Positions 1 through 13,815 of a DNA stretch of 64,000 nucleotides are shown here, piece after piece (position 1 is the stretch's first letter; each line of letters starts with the position of its first letter). The DNA is taken from assembly GCA_000320545.1 (NCBI GenBank), contig ADNK01003130.1, forward strand, positions 1-64,000. Reading direction: 5' to 3'. Both the position numbers and the translations under genes were made by a program. Below the pieces are notes generated by a model. It was not told the origin of the DNA, made no database searches, and worked only from the letters and a program-made list of their open reading frames with translations. The stretch is from Bigelowiella natans CCMP2755 (lineage: Eukaryota > Protista > Cercozoa).

Positions 1-637
1 AAAAGCCCATTATTCAGGACAAAGCATAGCATGGGTGATCGAGAAGAGTGTGCGATTAATTAATTATAGTAATCAATAATAAGATGATGGTGAGGAAACG
101 AAAGACTGAATATAAATACGCAGTGGTAGCAGCACCATGACCTCGGATTGAATCCCTTGATGATGTTAGGATTTGGTGGGGCAAACCTCCTCCAATAGTG
201 CCCGACCTTTTGCCCCAACGGCGTCAACAACAACAACAATAACAACAGCGACCACAGCCAACAGGAAGGGCAGCGTGCATACGTAACGGATTGAAATCCC
301 GCCGTCATCATCATTATATCTTCTTCTTCTTTACATTATATCATCATTACCACCATCAATATCATCATCATCATCATCATCGTACTCATACTGCTACTAC
401 TTTTTAACAGCGACAGCACCAACTACTACTACTACTACTACTACTACCACAACGAGAGGCTCCTTGTCGTAGGATTCCCACCATTTTCCACGCTTGACTT
501 GTCGCCATTTGCCTCCTGTTATTACCAGCATTTTTTGATTTCCAGACGAACACGATGAAGAAGATGATGAAGAGGGTTAGACGGCGAGATACCGAGACAT
601 CGATGCTCAAAACACAAACTTTCACACTCACACACAG

Positions 638-668
<31 letters not shown>

Positions 669-2452
669 TACCCGCAAAGAACTTTGCTGCGGCCCTCTCC
701 TCTGTACCGGAAGAAGCCACCTGGGATTAGGGTGAGAGAGAAGGGGAGGGAGGGTACCACCGATGTTCAGCCGACAAGATTCTGGAGATGTGATTTGGTA
801 TTGGTGCCTTGATTGGGTTGCAGTTTTGAGCAGTAAGCTCGATCTGGATTTTCACTTCATCCTCCTCCTCCTCCCCCTCTTTGCGGCCTTTCTCCTTCAA
901 GTTCTGGATGTTCGGATGGAAGGTGAAGGGACATCATATGCATGCATCGCCTCTGCTCTGTGTGCTTGTGTGTTGTATGTGTCTGTAGTAGGCCGATGCA
1001 TCTTTACCATATTGTTGTCGTGCTCACCTCGATCTTCTTCGCCGCTATATCCGCGAAGTGTTTGTATGCGCCGAGAACGCTATTGGTAATGGTTAAACGT
1101 ACACACAAGAATATACGTGTATTATTATTTAGATGCGTCTCCCTCTCTCTCTCATTATATATATATATATATATATATATTATATTTAATATTTATATAT
1201 ATTTAATATGTGTGTGTCTGTCAAGAAGGCTGTTTGTAAAAGGCAACTATGAGGTTGCAAGCCATGAGTCGGCGACGCGCGTGTACATAGTAACCACCCA
1301 GAGCCTGCGCCTCCCTCCTTGCCTTTGGTGTCGTCCCATTCACGCAAGGCCTTTAAGCTCTCCGGCAGTATGGCTTCGGTAGACGGCATCAAGATCATCA
1401 TCCGCAGAGAAGAGAACAACGACAGACAGGGAGTCAAATCAGAAGCAAATTCATTTGCTTGTACGGTGTATTGACGACGACAGCGACGACTATAACCTCA
1501 ATATTGATGGCCACATAATGATTCGGAAAATCGCGCAGGAAAAGAATGGACCTGCATGCACAACGATGACGTCCTTGCGCTCAAGGATAACAGGTTGTGA
1601 GCGGAAAAAATCCAGCGTCTTCTTCCTCCATTCTTCGCTCGGAGCCAATACCTTCAGCGTGGTAGGCAGCCAGAAACGCATTATTGCACGCAATCTTACG
1701 GCATATTCAGATCCTCTCGACAGACTCGACAAATACTGCTAGATCCTCTCGACAGACTCGCCAAATACTGCTACCAGGCCGGTGGTAGTTCTTCCGTACT
1801 ACAGAAAAAAGCCTGGTAGCACACACCTGGTATGACTTCTGCTTTTGATCTTTTCGGATGACCTCGGTCTCACCATAAAACCTACAGGAACGATATGTAG
1901 TGGTGCTCGCGTGGGTATGTGCCGTGTGTCTCCCTTGAATAAGTGTTTCAAAGCCATATATGTCGCCTTTCTCTCCCACCTCCCCTGCCTCCCACCCCGC
2001 AATTGCTCTGTGCGAACGACCAATGGTTGCCATGCTTATGCTTCCCGAGTAATAAGTTTAACTCGTGATTTCCAAGAACCTTACATGTAATCATACGATT
2101 TGACGTTGTTAGCGCTTGTGTGTGTGTGTGTGTGTGTGTGTTTGTGTGTGTCTAAGGAGCATATCACAATAAAATATTGGCACATTCACCCCCACCACCA
2201 ATGTGCTCTGTTACATACCATTTGTGCGTTTCCGGACTCGACAAGGCCACGGACAACATCGCATACCGCGACAGAATTAGGTCCCCTGTCCACTAAATCG
2301 CCTAATATCATGAAATTGAGAATGATAGTGTGTATGAGCGATATGATGGTGGTCGATTTGATGAGCAGGAAGGAGGATTGGTGTTTAATCCTAACCCCAT
2401 TCTCCTTATCCTTACTTTGAACACCCCAATATATTATCGTCATCATAATCAT

Positions 2453-2491
<39 letters not shown>

Positions 2492-2798
2492 TATCGCTAC
2501 CATCGACATCATAACTCAACAACTGACCGACGAAAACCAGGCGACGTCCATCAGCGTGCCGTCCAAAGCCATCGTAGCCTAGCCGATCCAACAGCGTTGT
2601 CAAAGCCCCTGCCTCCCCATGAATATCGCCGATGACATCGATCTTTCCTTCGAAAAGCGGCCGGATGAGGTTGTCGTTCGCTTTGTCCGCCGTTTTTGTG
2701 CCGGAAGGTGCTCTTAGGGTGGCCATGAAGATGAGCAGTACGTTCTTTGTTCTAATAATTTCCGCCAAAACATGTTGTCGCAGAGAGTAAATCCCCAT
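1..2798 (-). CDS. Calcineurin-like metallophosphoesterase, bacterial PrpE/ApaH-like PPP phosphatase; multi-exon, 3' end probably runs off the window
   Basis: Spliced motifs in order: IDVIGDIHGE (~2640), LVFVG|DLVDRGPNS (~2525/2300), VLGNHELNLL (~2075) and GHYWR (~200), separated by GT-AG introns. Confidence 0.8.
1709..1772. repeat. Intronic 32-bp tandem duplication (2 copies, 1 mismatch)
   Basis: agatcctctcgacagactcg(a/c)caaatactgct occurs at 1709 and 1741. Confidence 0.9.
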
Positions 2799-3105
2799 GT
2801 GTTTCGAATCTGATTCCAGGAGGGATTTTCTAGGGTAGAAACTAGGCCAACTCGTGCTTGCGACATGAGGCTGGCAGGAAGAACAAGAGGTACGGGTCAG
2901 CTCGGCAAGCTGGTAAATTTATGCCCCGCAGATATCTGATCAAACTTCTCGCGCATTTGGCCTCCCATGGCGCGGTTGGCCAGAATGAATATGAGTCTTT
3001 TTTGTAGGGGATTTTATATCAGCGACAAGACGGAATGTCCATATCAGCCGTAAACTACCTATGAAAATTTATTCTTGCTGAGTGTAGTAATCGCGCCCTG
3101 GAAGA
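2799..3105. promoter_or_regulatory. Putative bidirectional promoter between phosphatase (-) and PAT1 (+)
   Basis: About 300 bp separate the divergent start codons; inferred from geometry only. Confidence 0.4.
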
Positions 3106-4459
3106 ATGGCGTCGGACTCGGCCTGGAACGGCCGCACGGAAGACGACGCAGATGACCAAGACCTCAATGACCTCACGTTTGGCGCGGGAGGAGGAGATGG
3201 AGACGATGGCGACTTTGGTTAGTTTGAGCCCGCGAACATGCGTGGCATCGAAGTTGTTTTTGCGAGACACTTGGATCCTCGCCTACCTTAAGAATTTTCT
3301 TCCTATTTTGCGCCGAACCGCAGACTTCACTGGGAACTCACAGGCTGCAGCTGACCTAATGAAGCAAGCTAAAATAGAGGTTCTCCTATGCTAAATTTTG
3401 GAATGGAGGGGGGAAAGTGCAGTGACGTTTTAGCTAGTGTTGTGAATCGATTGTGCGAACACACCCCCCACTTAGGTGAGAAGGACAAAGCAGTCGAAGG
3501 AGACTAAGGATAAAAAGCAGGACGATGGAATGAGAATCATGAGTTCTGTTCTGAATATTTTAGGTAAGCAAATGTTGAGCGAATCTAAGATGTGGTGTGT
3601 ATGTGCGTGTGTGTGTTGTGCGCGTGTGTCGTTAGAGATAAGTGAAGTAACCTTTCCCCCCCACACATATAATGTTCAGACGACGACGACGACGACGACG
3701 ATGACGATGACGATGGCGCGCCTGCCCCGGGGGACAGATCTGCAATAAAAGATGTAAGATCAAATATTCAAACATACGAGTCACAAAACCTTTATTTCAT
3801 GATCCGCCTCCTCGATTCCTTCCATCATCGCTCCAAGACAGCCCCCTTCTTTCATTCAGCGAGGAGGAGGAGGAGGAAGGGGGGAGACAATTTGAACTTA
3901 TCTCCTAATCTTCAACAATAATCACTATTTCAGGCCCGGTCGTCATCTTCCTCCTCCTCGTGGAACAAGGGAGGCGGGTTTGGCATTGGTGGTGGAGGGT
4001 TTGGAGACGGGTTGTTTCCTTTTGGATCCGGCCCCTTTGGAAGAAACAACAACCCTCCTCCTGCTTCCTCCAACACCATTGGAGGTGTGTTCGGGGGAAG
4101 TGTCAGGAGTAACCGTGGCCATAATAACAATATGGCGTCGTCTTCCTCCACCTCACCCCCCTCCCAGAATCATCGGAGGCAGCAGCAACAGCAGCTGCCA
4201 CCTCCAGGCGTCGTCAGGGAGATCAAAGCAGGAGACCTGGAAAGGCAGCTCGCTAGTCAATTGCAGATATCATCAAAGGGAGGAGGCAAGCCGAGAGGGC
4301 CTGCGGTAGGAGGAGGAGGTATGCTTATTCGTTATTTCCATCCACTACATCCATCCATTTATGAGGTTGATACATCATCGTCGCTGCTGCCCAGAGTGAC
4401 AACAACTACTCCCTAACCCCCTCCCCCCCATTTTCTCCCTCCCTCCCTCTCTCTCTCTT

Positions 4460-4499
<40 letters not shown>

Positions 4500-6058
4500 A
4501 TCTCCATACGGAGTGTTCCAGAGAATTGATGGGTTTGCCTCCTGTCTTTTTTGATGTCTTACTATTCAGCGACGACGCCCTTCGGCGCACCGCCGGGTGC
4601 GCGGGCTATACCCCCCCCCGGATCGCCCACCAAGAACAACAATGTGTGGCAAAACCGCAGGGGCCAACCCAAGAATAATAATGTCAGCAGCGGTCGCCAA
4701 AACGTTGGCCCCCCCTCTCCCGCCCCCCCGCAGTATCCAATGCATCAGCAGCACCTGCAGCACCCACCCCCCCCCCACATGATGGGGCCTGGTGGTTTCA
4801 TCTACCCTCCTGGAGCCCCCCCCCCTGGAGGACGTGCGCCTCCTCCAGGAGCCATCCACGGAAGAGGAGCAGCCCTCCCCCCAGGAGCGCGCGTTCCGCC
4901 GCCCCAATACCCCGCTGGAAACCTCTACCCTTTCCCCCCCCAAGGGAGAGGGATGCACCCTCCGCAGCCGCAGCAGCAGCAGCAGCAGCAGCAGGTACGG
5001 GGGCCTAAGTTCACGGGGGAAGGAGGGCCAGCTCCTCGTGGAAACAACAAGTACCCTCCGACCGGAGGACCGCAGCAGCAGCAGCGCCCTCATCATCAAC
5101 AGGGGCAGCAGCAGCAGCCATATGGAACTAGTCAGAGCTCACGCCCCAACTACAACCGGGTAAGCCCGAATTTCATGTCCATGGAGGGAGAGGGAGGGGG
5201 GGGGTTAAGGGTTAGCATTCCCGTGTATTGGTCGATAATTGGAGAGTGCTTAGTATCAACATCATCGTCATCACCTTCACATGGTATCTCTGACCCGCGC
5301 TGTTTGTGATTGCGTCGTTCTATGTAATGGTGTACGTTTCTGTGTTGTGCGTACGTATGTGCCGCCCAGGTCTACCTCCCCCTCCCCCGGAAGAACTTTA
5401 AGATGATGAGCAAACCCGAGATTGCCAATGTCATCAAATGGCAGCTCACGCAACTGCGAGGCAGCAGTGCTATGGAAGATGACTTCTACTTCCAAGTAAG
5501 CGGAGTAGTGATATCAGCGAGTAGGGAGGAGGGGGGGGAGGAGGATGATAATGGTATCTCTCATGCTCGTTAATGCACGCGCGCACACAAACACGAAAGC
5601 ACATTGTGCTCATATATTCATTTATGTCGATGAAGTAGTTATATGCGACAGGCTGCTCTCAAACAGACACACAGTCAAACCACAACAGTAGCAATAGACT
5701 ATCATAATGGTTGCTCTATACCCCCCCCCCCCCCTTATGTCTCTAAGGTGTGGCAGTCCAGGCAAGGGAAAACTGCGAGGCCTTCGACTCAGCTGGAGAA
5801 GTTTCAATGGCGCACGAACCCACACCAGTAAGGAGGAAGAATTTGATGTATTGTTTGCCATAAATAGTAGTAGTAGTTGCAGCAGTAGCAGCAGTATTGC
5901 AGTAGGAATGTGTGTCATCTTTGAATCGACGGTTCGCTTCATCAAAGATACCCCCCCCCCTCTCTGTGTTACCTCTCCCCCCTCTCCTCATATTCGCACA
6001 AATGGCTGGATCTTAATGACATAATGTGTCAATATACAAACATACATTTATACATGTG

Positions 6059-6143
<85 letters not shown>

Positions 6144-7756
6144 TCAAAGGGCTCGCAACCCGGACGGCACGCCAAAGCTTGACCCTACGACTCTCGGAAA
6201 GATACGCGCATCCTCTCTGCGAGCACCGAGAAAGCTCATGGTAGTAGCGCCAACCATTGCAGTAGAAGAGCTGCAGCAGCAGTTGTAGTAGTAGACATTC
6301 CAGAAATAATATATGGTATTAGCGGGGGTTAAATCGTTCTGATTTATTTTGTTTCTTTGCTTTCCTCAAGGACTTTTCTGCCGATGCCCCCGACGAGGTG
6401 GACCTTGAGGAGAAGAAGGGGGAGGAGGAGGAGGACGACGACGACGACGAAAAGAAGATGAAGAAGGAGAAGGCTGCGGCGGCTCCGAAGGCGCGCAGCC
6501 GCTTGTTCGCGAAGATGTGGATTACGGTGTCCTGTCTGGTGGAGCAAGGCATGAGGTCGGATTGAGACCAGATCATGGAAAGAAGAAGAAGAAGAAGAAG
6601 AAGAAGAAGAAGAATGGAAATGATCATTCACTCATTTGCGTTTCTATTCCTCTCATCATCATCATCACCATCATCATCATTATCATCATCAGCAGCAGCA
6701 GCAGCATCGATAACAACATCATCATCAAAATCATCATCAATCCCAGGTGCTTGATATCGATCGAGGACATCGATAGCATGATCATCGCCCTGCAGAGCGA
6801 TCCACAGGCCTTCACCGACCCCGGCCGCCAGTTCCAAATCGAGCAGCAGAGGGCTAAGGTGACCTCCTACTCGTCGTGCTGCGCTCGCTGAGAGTAGCAG
6901 CAGCGTTCGTAAGAGTGTCAACGATGAGAACGATTTTCCCCCCACCCCCAAAACAACAGCTCGCGGACGGGATCGCAAAGCTCTGCGAAGCGCTCGATAT
7001 GGAAGAATCGCCGAAGCCTTCAGGTTTTTCACCATCATCATCACCATCGTCGTCGTCATCGTCGTCGTCGCCGTCATCATCACCATCAGCATCATCACTG
7101 TGCAAGAGATAGAACCTCCAATAACGATAGCGTAATCGGCATGAGAGAAGACTCTTTTCTTCTTCTTCTTGCCTTCATCTTCAGCTGTGTACTACTGTGA
7201 TGTTAGTAGTAGCGTCGTCGGGGCCTACTAACGAAAAGCCTCTCCCCTTCTCCCTCTCTCGCCGCCTTCTCTGAATTTCATCATAATTTTTACTCATCCT
7301 CTCCCTGTGAACCTATCTTCCAATCCGTGTGTTAGCCGATCATGTGGTGCTGAACTTCGCGCATCTGAAGAAGGTGTGTTGTTAATGCTGTCGTGCTGAT
7401 ACTATTACGTTGTGTTGTGATGGCTTCTTCTGCAAGAAGGACGACGACTACCATCATTAGTCGTGCACATTATTTGTTGGAAGAGGAGGAGGAGGGGGTG
7501 GGGGTTGAATCGGGTGCATCGTCATCGTTGTGATGTCTTTGTTGTTTGATTATTCATGTTCCTATCTTCTTCTTCTTCTTCTTCTTTTTCTTCTTCTTCT
7601 TCTTCTTTGACATTGCAGGGAAGGCTATTCCTCGATCGATCCCTGCTAAGACTGCCCCCTGAAAAGGCGGCGCAGCTTGCGGGGATTATGCTCTTCGATG
7701 CGAAGAAATTCGCCCAGTATTCCTCGGTGAGCTGTTGTTGTTGTTGTTGTTGTTTG

Positions 7757-7794
<38 letters not shown>

Positions 7795-9411
7795 CCCCAC
7801 CCTTACGACTCCTTATATCTGCACGGTATGATGGTGATAATAGGACGTGGATGCTGCATTGACGGACGATCTCAGTAACCTCGTGCTAGCGAACATGCCT
7901 ATTCAGCGCCTCAACCACATATTCTTGATGCTCGCCTCGCAGGTGCGTGTCCTCCAATCTCCTCCCCCCCCCCTCCCTCCTCCTCCCCCTTCTCGTTCTC
8001 ATCCTCCTCCAGTTTGTTTGCATTATCAAACAAGCAGCGCGTACACACGCCCACACCCACAAAAACATCTGATGTATACATGCTACTACTACTGTTAAGT
8101 CGTTCTTTTATTGTTGTTATTCATGTGTCTGCTTGAAACTGCCCCCCCCCTCCCCCCCCCCTGCTACTGCTGCTGCTGCTGCTCGCTTTTCAGGCTAAGA
8201 ACGAAAAGGAGAGGAATGGATGGGAGAAATCCGCCAAGTTCATCTCGTCCATGCTCGTCTGTAGCTGCTTACAATCGATCTTTAAGAAAGGTGCTACTGC
8301 TGCGGCTGCTGCTGCGGCTGCTGGTGATGGCGGTGTGGTTCATTCGCATTCCCCGATCACCCACATACGCACACGCACACGCATATCTAATGAAGATCGA
8401 GAATCAAAATTCTGCTGCTGCTGCTGATGATGATGATGATGATCTCCTGATGCTGATGGGCATCCGCTCTCCACCAATAAACAAACAACAGGCCATGAAA
8501 CAGCAGCGCAGATCCAACACATGCAAGCGGATGGAGCACCGCCTCAACTCCTCAAGCCGCTCGAGGACGCCATGCGTGACTGGAAGCAAATCCTCAATTT
8601 CTTCTATGCGCTTATTAAGGTAGGAGGCGGCCTGCCCCCATACCCAAAAAGAAGGAGGAGAAGAACAGAAAAGGGGAAAGGCGCGGGGAGGGGAGGGGTT
8701 ACGCATAAGGAGGAAAGGAGGTCTAATTTGAATGTTGCGCTCACTCACCATCATATCACCACAGGATCGGCTTCACTCGGGCATCTTTGCCGCGTACTCA
8801 GGAGATGAGAAAGAAGAAAAGAAGGGGGACGCGCCAAAGGATCATGATGACAATGCTGCTGCTGATGATGAGAATGATGATGATGATGAGAATGGCGAGG
8901 CAGCCTCAAGGAAGAAGAAGAAGAAAAAGAAAAAGAAGAAGAAACCATCGTCCAAAAAGGGGACAAGGAAGAACGACGAGGACGAAAAGGAGGGGGGGGC
9001 TAAATCGAAAGACAGTGAGCTGTTGGTCGCTCCCTTACGAGAGCTGTGGGAGGTGAGTGGCATCTAGCAATAGATGATAATGATGATGATGATGATGAGG
9101 AGGAGGAGGAGGAGGAGGAGGAGGAGGAGGAGGAGAACATCAACACAACATCAAAACTAAGAGCAGCAGTAGCAGTAGGAGCAGCAGCAGATCCCCATAC
9201 ACCATCATGCAAAACAAAACACGCACGACGCACATATTATTATGTGGGAGATGGTGACGATGAGAGACATCGTGCCCCTTATTTCCCGTAATGATGATGA
9301 TGATGATTGAAAATGATTATGATTATGATGAGGATGATGGTGACGACATCGCTCTCTCAATAGAGGCGGTGTGCGAGTAGATTTTGTATGACTAATTCTG
9401 CCCGATTCACT

Positions 9412-9455
<44 letters not shown>

Positions 9456-9590
9456 CAGTTCTTGGCGGCGATGATCTCTCATGGGAGTCCAGAGCAAAGG
9501 TACTACTACTACTACCACTACCATCACGCATTCCTTAATTCTAACAACGACGACAAGGCAGTCCAAAGATCACTTAAGAGTGCGACTTAG
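3106..9590 (+). CDS. PAT1: PAT1 homolog (mRNA decapping activator / P-body scaffold), many exons
   Basis: N-terminal DQDLNDLTFG motif; Pro/Gln-rich region (4551-5160); Mid-domain KMMSKPEIANVIKWQLTQL..EDDFYFQ (~5400-5495); TLGKIRASSLRAPRKLM (~6190-6240); helical C-terminal exons ending at TAG ~9590. Confidence 0.85.
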
Positions 9591-9698
9591 CATTCAAAAG
9601 GCTGCTACAGCTGTTGCTGACGTGTCAAATTGTGTGTCCTCGATCTTCATCTTTCCACCCCCCCCCCCCCCCCCTTTTCCCGTCTCCCTTCGTTCGAT

Positions 9699-9738
<40 letters not shown>

Positions 9739-10711
9739 GGAGTCGTTCCCGCAAGGAAGTGTGTGCAATGCTATGCGATGAGCGACTCAACCCAGACACA
9801 AAGCCCCCCCCCTCGGACGTTGGCATCGTTGACACGGCACAAGAACCTGAGCATGCTCAACCGTCGCGTGGCTTCCAATACCTGAGGCAGCTTTTCCTGC
9901 CGCCCCCCCCCCTTGGCTCCCCTGGAGGGAGCGATTATTCACCAGAACCCAGCCGCTGACGGAGTCGCAACCGGTTCGGACAGGACATGTGCGATGAAAT
10001 GAGCAGATGTGCGCAGTGCAACTCAACGAGAGCCCCGAGAGCCTCCACGTATATTATATATATGTAAAATACTGCGGCTCTCGGGGGGGGCGCTTTAGAT
10101 TTTGCTCCTGGAAAAGCGTGCGCAAGTAACGGGAAGATGTGGATGCGTGCGAGATGAAAGTCAAAAGTAATTGTGCGTCTGATGCGTGCGACATGCAGAT
10201 ATTTTCCGAGCCATCACGTTCCAATTCCGACTTCACTTTCTGTGGCTTTTTTTGTGGTGGTGGCGAGTGCGGCGAGCACGGAGGCCTTGTACATTGTCGA
10301 TGTCACATGCAATTTGAAGAGGCGACATTGTCATCATGCGCAGGCACGTTGTTATTCACACATGCCATGCCATGCAACAATGCGCATGTGCATTCATGCT
10401 ACACGTAACGACGCGAGTGCGTGCATGTGGTCGAGGGTGAAGAGACATCAGAGCGAAAATTGACCTGCATGCCAGCTAGCCAGCCTGGGATAGTACGTGA
10501 TGCAATGACATGCGCTGGTCAAAGCACACATGCACATGCAAGTGTGCAATGAGTCTCGTTAGCACCGCTAGACCGCACCGCATGCTGTGCGTGCGTACGC
10601 TACACTGCTAGATGTGAAAAAGGCAAACCACACTCCACCAAAGACATGCTGGGACGGTGCAAAAGAATGAAAATTACAGACACGTAATGTCATGTGTGTG
10701 TCATGCATGCA

Positions 10712-10945
10712 CGATACTTCCTGGCTTCCATTGTGATCACAACTCCCTGTTCTCTTCAGAACAAATTGTCCGGTGTAGTTCTACGATGCTTCCTGGCTTC
10801 CATTGCAATCACAGCTCCCTGTTCTCTTCAGAACAAATCATCCGGTGCAGTTCTACGATGCTTCCTGGCTTTCATTGCAATCATGCCTCCCTGTTTTCTT
10901 CACAATGAACTGTCCGGTGTGCTTTTTCAATGCTTATTGGCTTTC
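10712..10945. repeat. 72-bp tandem repeat, about 3.2 copies (starts 10712, 10784, 10856, 10928)
   Basis: Unit begins cgat(a/g)cttcctggct and ends ccggtg(ta/ca/tg); copies differ largely by TA/TG/CA swaps. Confidence 0.95.
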
Positions 10946-11329
10946 ATGTTCAGCGTAGCTCCTTTCTATTTCAATGGAATGCACATCACATACATCAAGG
11001 ATGTCAAGAGTCATTTTGAGCATCATCAATTGCATCATTGAAGTTGCAAAATGCACGCGCAGGGTCATGCACGACCTTGCAAAGTGCACATGTTTAGCGG
11101 GCGGCACAACAACTTGATGGGACGCTAAAATTGTGCGACGCGTAGCTACAGATAGCAAAGCTTGTTTGAATGAATACGCAGAAATGAGAACTTGAGTTCA
11201 TGCATGTGTGTAGCCGATGCACGACAATGAATGGATTGATTTTGAAAATGACACAACTTGAGACAATGCAGAATGCGCGGTTTAATCAGCGGATACTTGT
11301 TGTAGACACGTAACATCATATATGTGTCA

Positions 11330-11530
11330 TGCATGCTGTTGCTATGTCTGTTATGAAATGTTGCAAATCGTTTCAATGGCTTAGCCCTGATGCACGTGGC
11401 TGTGCGCAAAGCGGAGGCTACAGCGCTTCGGTTGGCTTTGCCTGTTTGTGCCATCGATCATGCATTGCACAGCTACATGTAAGGATGACCATTGAACAAA
11501 CTGAATTGATTAATTACACCCATCTTGTAT
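11330..11530. mobile_element. Two back-to-back 3'-end fragments of the LINE family at 58.1-60.0 kb (minus copy 11330-11460, plus copy from 11461)
   Basis: 11461 tgcattgcacagctacat..aggatgaccattgaa matches 59833-59866; the minus-strand translation MAQTGKANRSAVASAL resembles LINE VAETNRHNISAVAAAL. Confidence 0.7.
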
Positions 11531-12248
11531 TTCATGTCATAGTGAATGCGTCAGCATCTTGTCCCGCCAAAGATGTATACAGATGATCGAGTGCCGCGCA
11601 CAGCTACGGCATCGCATGTTGCTCATATGTACATGTGCATGCATGAACAGCATGGTGCTCTCAAGTCCCGTGTCCACAGCTCGTGCCATGCTAGCATGTT
11701 ATATTTAACACGGCAATAAACATGGCACGTGTAAAGCATGCGATGTACATGGGGAAGCGAACAACCCCTAGGCAACGATCTTCGTATCAGTATCGGAGCC
11801 ATGTTTGAGATCAACGCTTATTTATTCATATGCAGCATAGTAAAGTGAACTAAAATGATATGTGCCTTCATTCCAATTTCAGTGTCTGACTACACGTTGA
11901 GTGATCGCTGCCCCCATTAGCTTCTTGCCCTTTATGGTTGCAGAGCTGGGTGGAAGGGGCCTTGGCGGAAACCCGGACGCCAGATTGAAAGCATCCTTCT
12001 TCAGGCCAGAGACACTATAGAACGACGATAATAACGATGATTAGTAGCGCCACATCCGCACGCACAACACACGCGGGGGAAAATCCGAGGAGATCATATT
12101 TTGTTAGACGTGTTTTTGGCATGTACGCGTCGTGTGTGCGTGTATGTGTGTGTGTGGTTGAGAGAAGGAGGGGTAAGGGGGGGGGATTTCGGAGTCACAT
12201 CATTACGCGGCAATATGGCTGTAGATATCTTCCACAGTATGATCAAGG

Positions 12249-12755
12249 TTAAATTCCTGCTTGATTCTTCTTCGTGCGGGATGCTGCAGCACCAGCATTA
12301 TCGTCGTCTTTGGCTTTGCGTCATCAATACTCACTTCCTTACCCCCTCCCGCGTCAGAGCCGGCCACGCTTGATGCGCTTGTCTCCTTAGGGAGTGACGT
12401 AGATAATTCAGAAAATACGGCGACTCGAAGAAGTATTGTGAAGTGTTTGCAGTTGGGGCTGCGTGTGGTTGTGTGGGGTCACTTTCTTGCTTACCTCTGA
12501 TGCTGCATTTGGATGGCTCTTGTGCTTGTGGTCGCCTCCTCCACCAGCCCTTTTGGTTCTTGCTGCTAGCAAGCTGTATCCTTTGGAAGATGACGACGTT
12601 GTCGTCCTATTTGATGATGATGATGAGGAGGAGCGGGCAGAATCTCCTCCACCGATGAGTCTGGAAACGTGCGATGATGCCACTACCCTTCCTGCGTCTC
12701 GCGACGATAATGAGGACAACTTTGATCCTTCTTCACGACCCGACGATGGCCTCTG

Positions 12756-12799
<44 letters not shown>

Positions 12800-13781
12800 T
12801 GTAACAATTGTAATAATGTGAGATCTCACAAGAGGAGCAATATGAGGAAAGGGCAGAGACTCGGAGAAAAAAGACACAACTTCCTTGACCAAAAAGACAT
12901 TCACCCCCTCCTCCTCCTCCTCCTCCTCCTCCTCCTCCTCCTTTTATTTGTCATCTCTCCCTACTTGAGCATATACCGTTTGCCGCTGCTTATCCCCACT
13001 TCCGTGAAGCCCAGCGACCGACTGACGTTGCTGCTGCTGTTCCAACCTATGCCCTCTTCCTGCCCCCCCCCCCCCTCCTGCTGCAACGCCTCCTTGCAAT
13101 TCGGGTGGCCTCTGGTGGCGGCCCGGTCGGTTGAAGCGACTGGCACGCGCTGGTTGGGTTTCTTTTCCGGATGGTGAGGATGCGGAGGAAGTTGGATGTT
13201 GGCTGCTGCTACTTCTGCCCCCCCCTCCCCTTTTGGGAGGAGGAGGAGATGATGCTGCTGATGTCGTCGTCGTTTCTTTTGGTCCTCCTCCTCCCTCTGC
13301 TGCCCCTCCTCCTCCTCCTCCTTCTTTCTCATTGTTCTTGGTAGGGTTGAGGACGACGGTGAGCAGCAGGGGGATGCTGTCAACCTCCTTCTCGGGATAA
13401 TGCAGCTCCTTTAGTAGCTGCAGGTAGGAGAACACAAACAACCGTAGTGATGATCATTGCCACTGTGCAAAAACCGGACGCAAGTCTCTCTCCACATCAC
13501 ACGGGAAAGACTTGGGAAAACAAACGTTCAATCCCCCTCCCCCCCCCCCCCCTCTTATCTCATATGAGCGAACCTGCAAAACTTCAATTTCGCCGTATTT
13601 CTTGGCCTGTTTCGTCGAGGAAGTGGCGTTACAACAATTCATCGTTAGGTACATGAATGACGGGGGGGGAGGGGGGGGGGGGGATAGGATAAGAGAGAGA
13701 GTAGTGAAGGCATCAATCGTGTCGCACGAGCGAGGAAGGGAATCAACGATCTACACTCTTTTCATTTTTGGAAAGTTAATC

Positions 13782-13815
<34 letters not shown>

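Larger units (their letters stand above)
10100..11800. mobile_element. Degenerate TpA-depleted, TG/CA-rich repeat/TE relic zone between converging genes
   Basis: High density of TGCA/CATG and reduced TA; contains a 72-bp tandem repeat and LINE 3' fragments. Confidence 0.6.

Noticed and set aside
1709-1772. CRISPR-like 32-bp repeat
   Set aside because: Two adjacent copies with no spacer, inside a eukaryotic intron.
404-9959. Poly-M/H/S/CV/RE ORFs in the ORF track
   Set aside because: They are translations of intronic microsatellites or antisense shadows of real exons.
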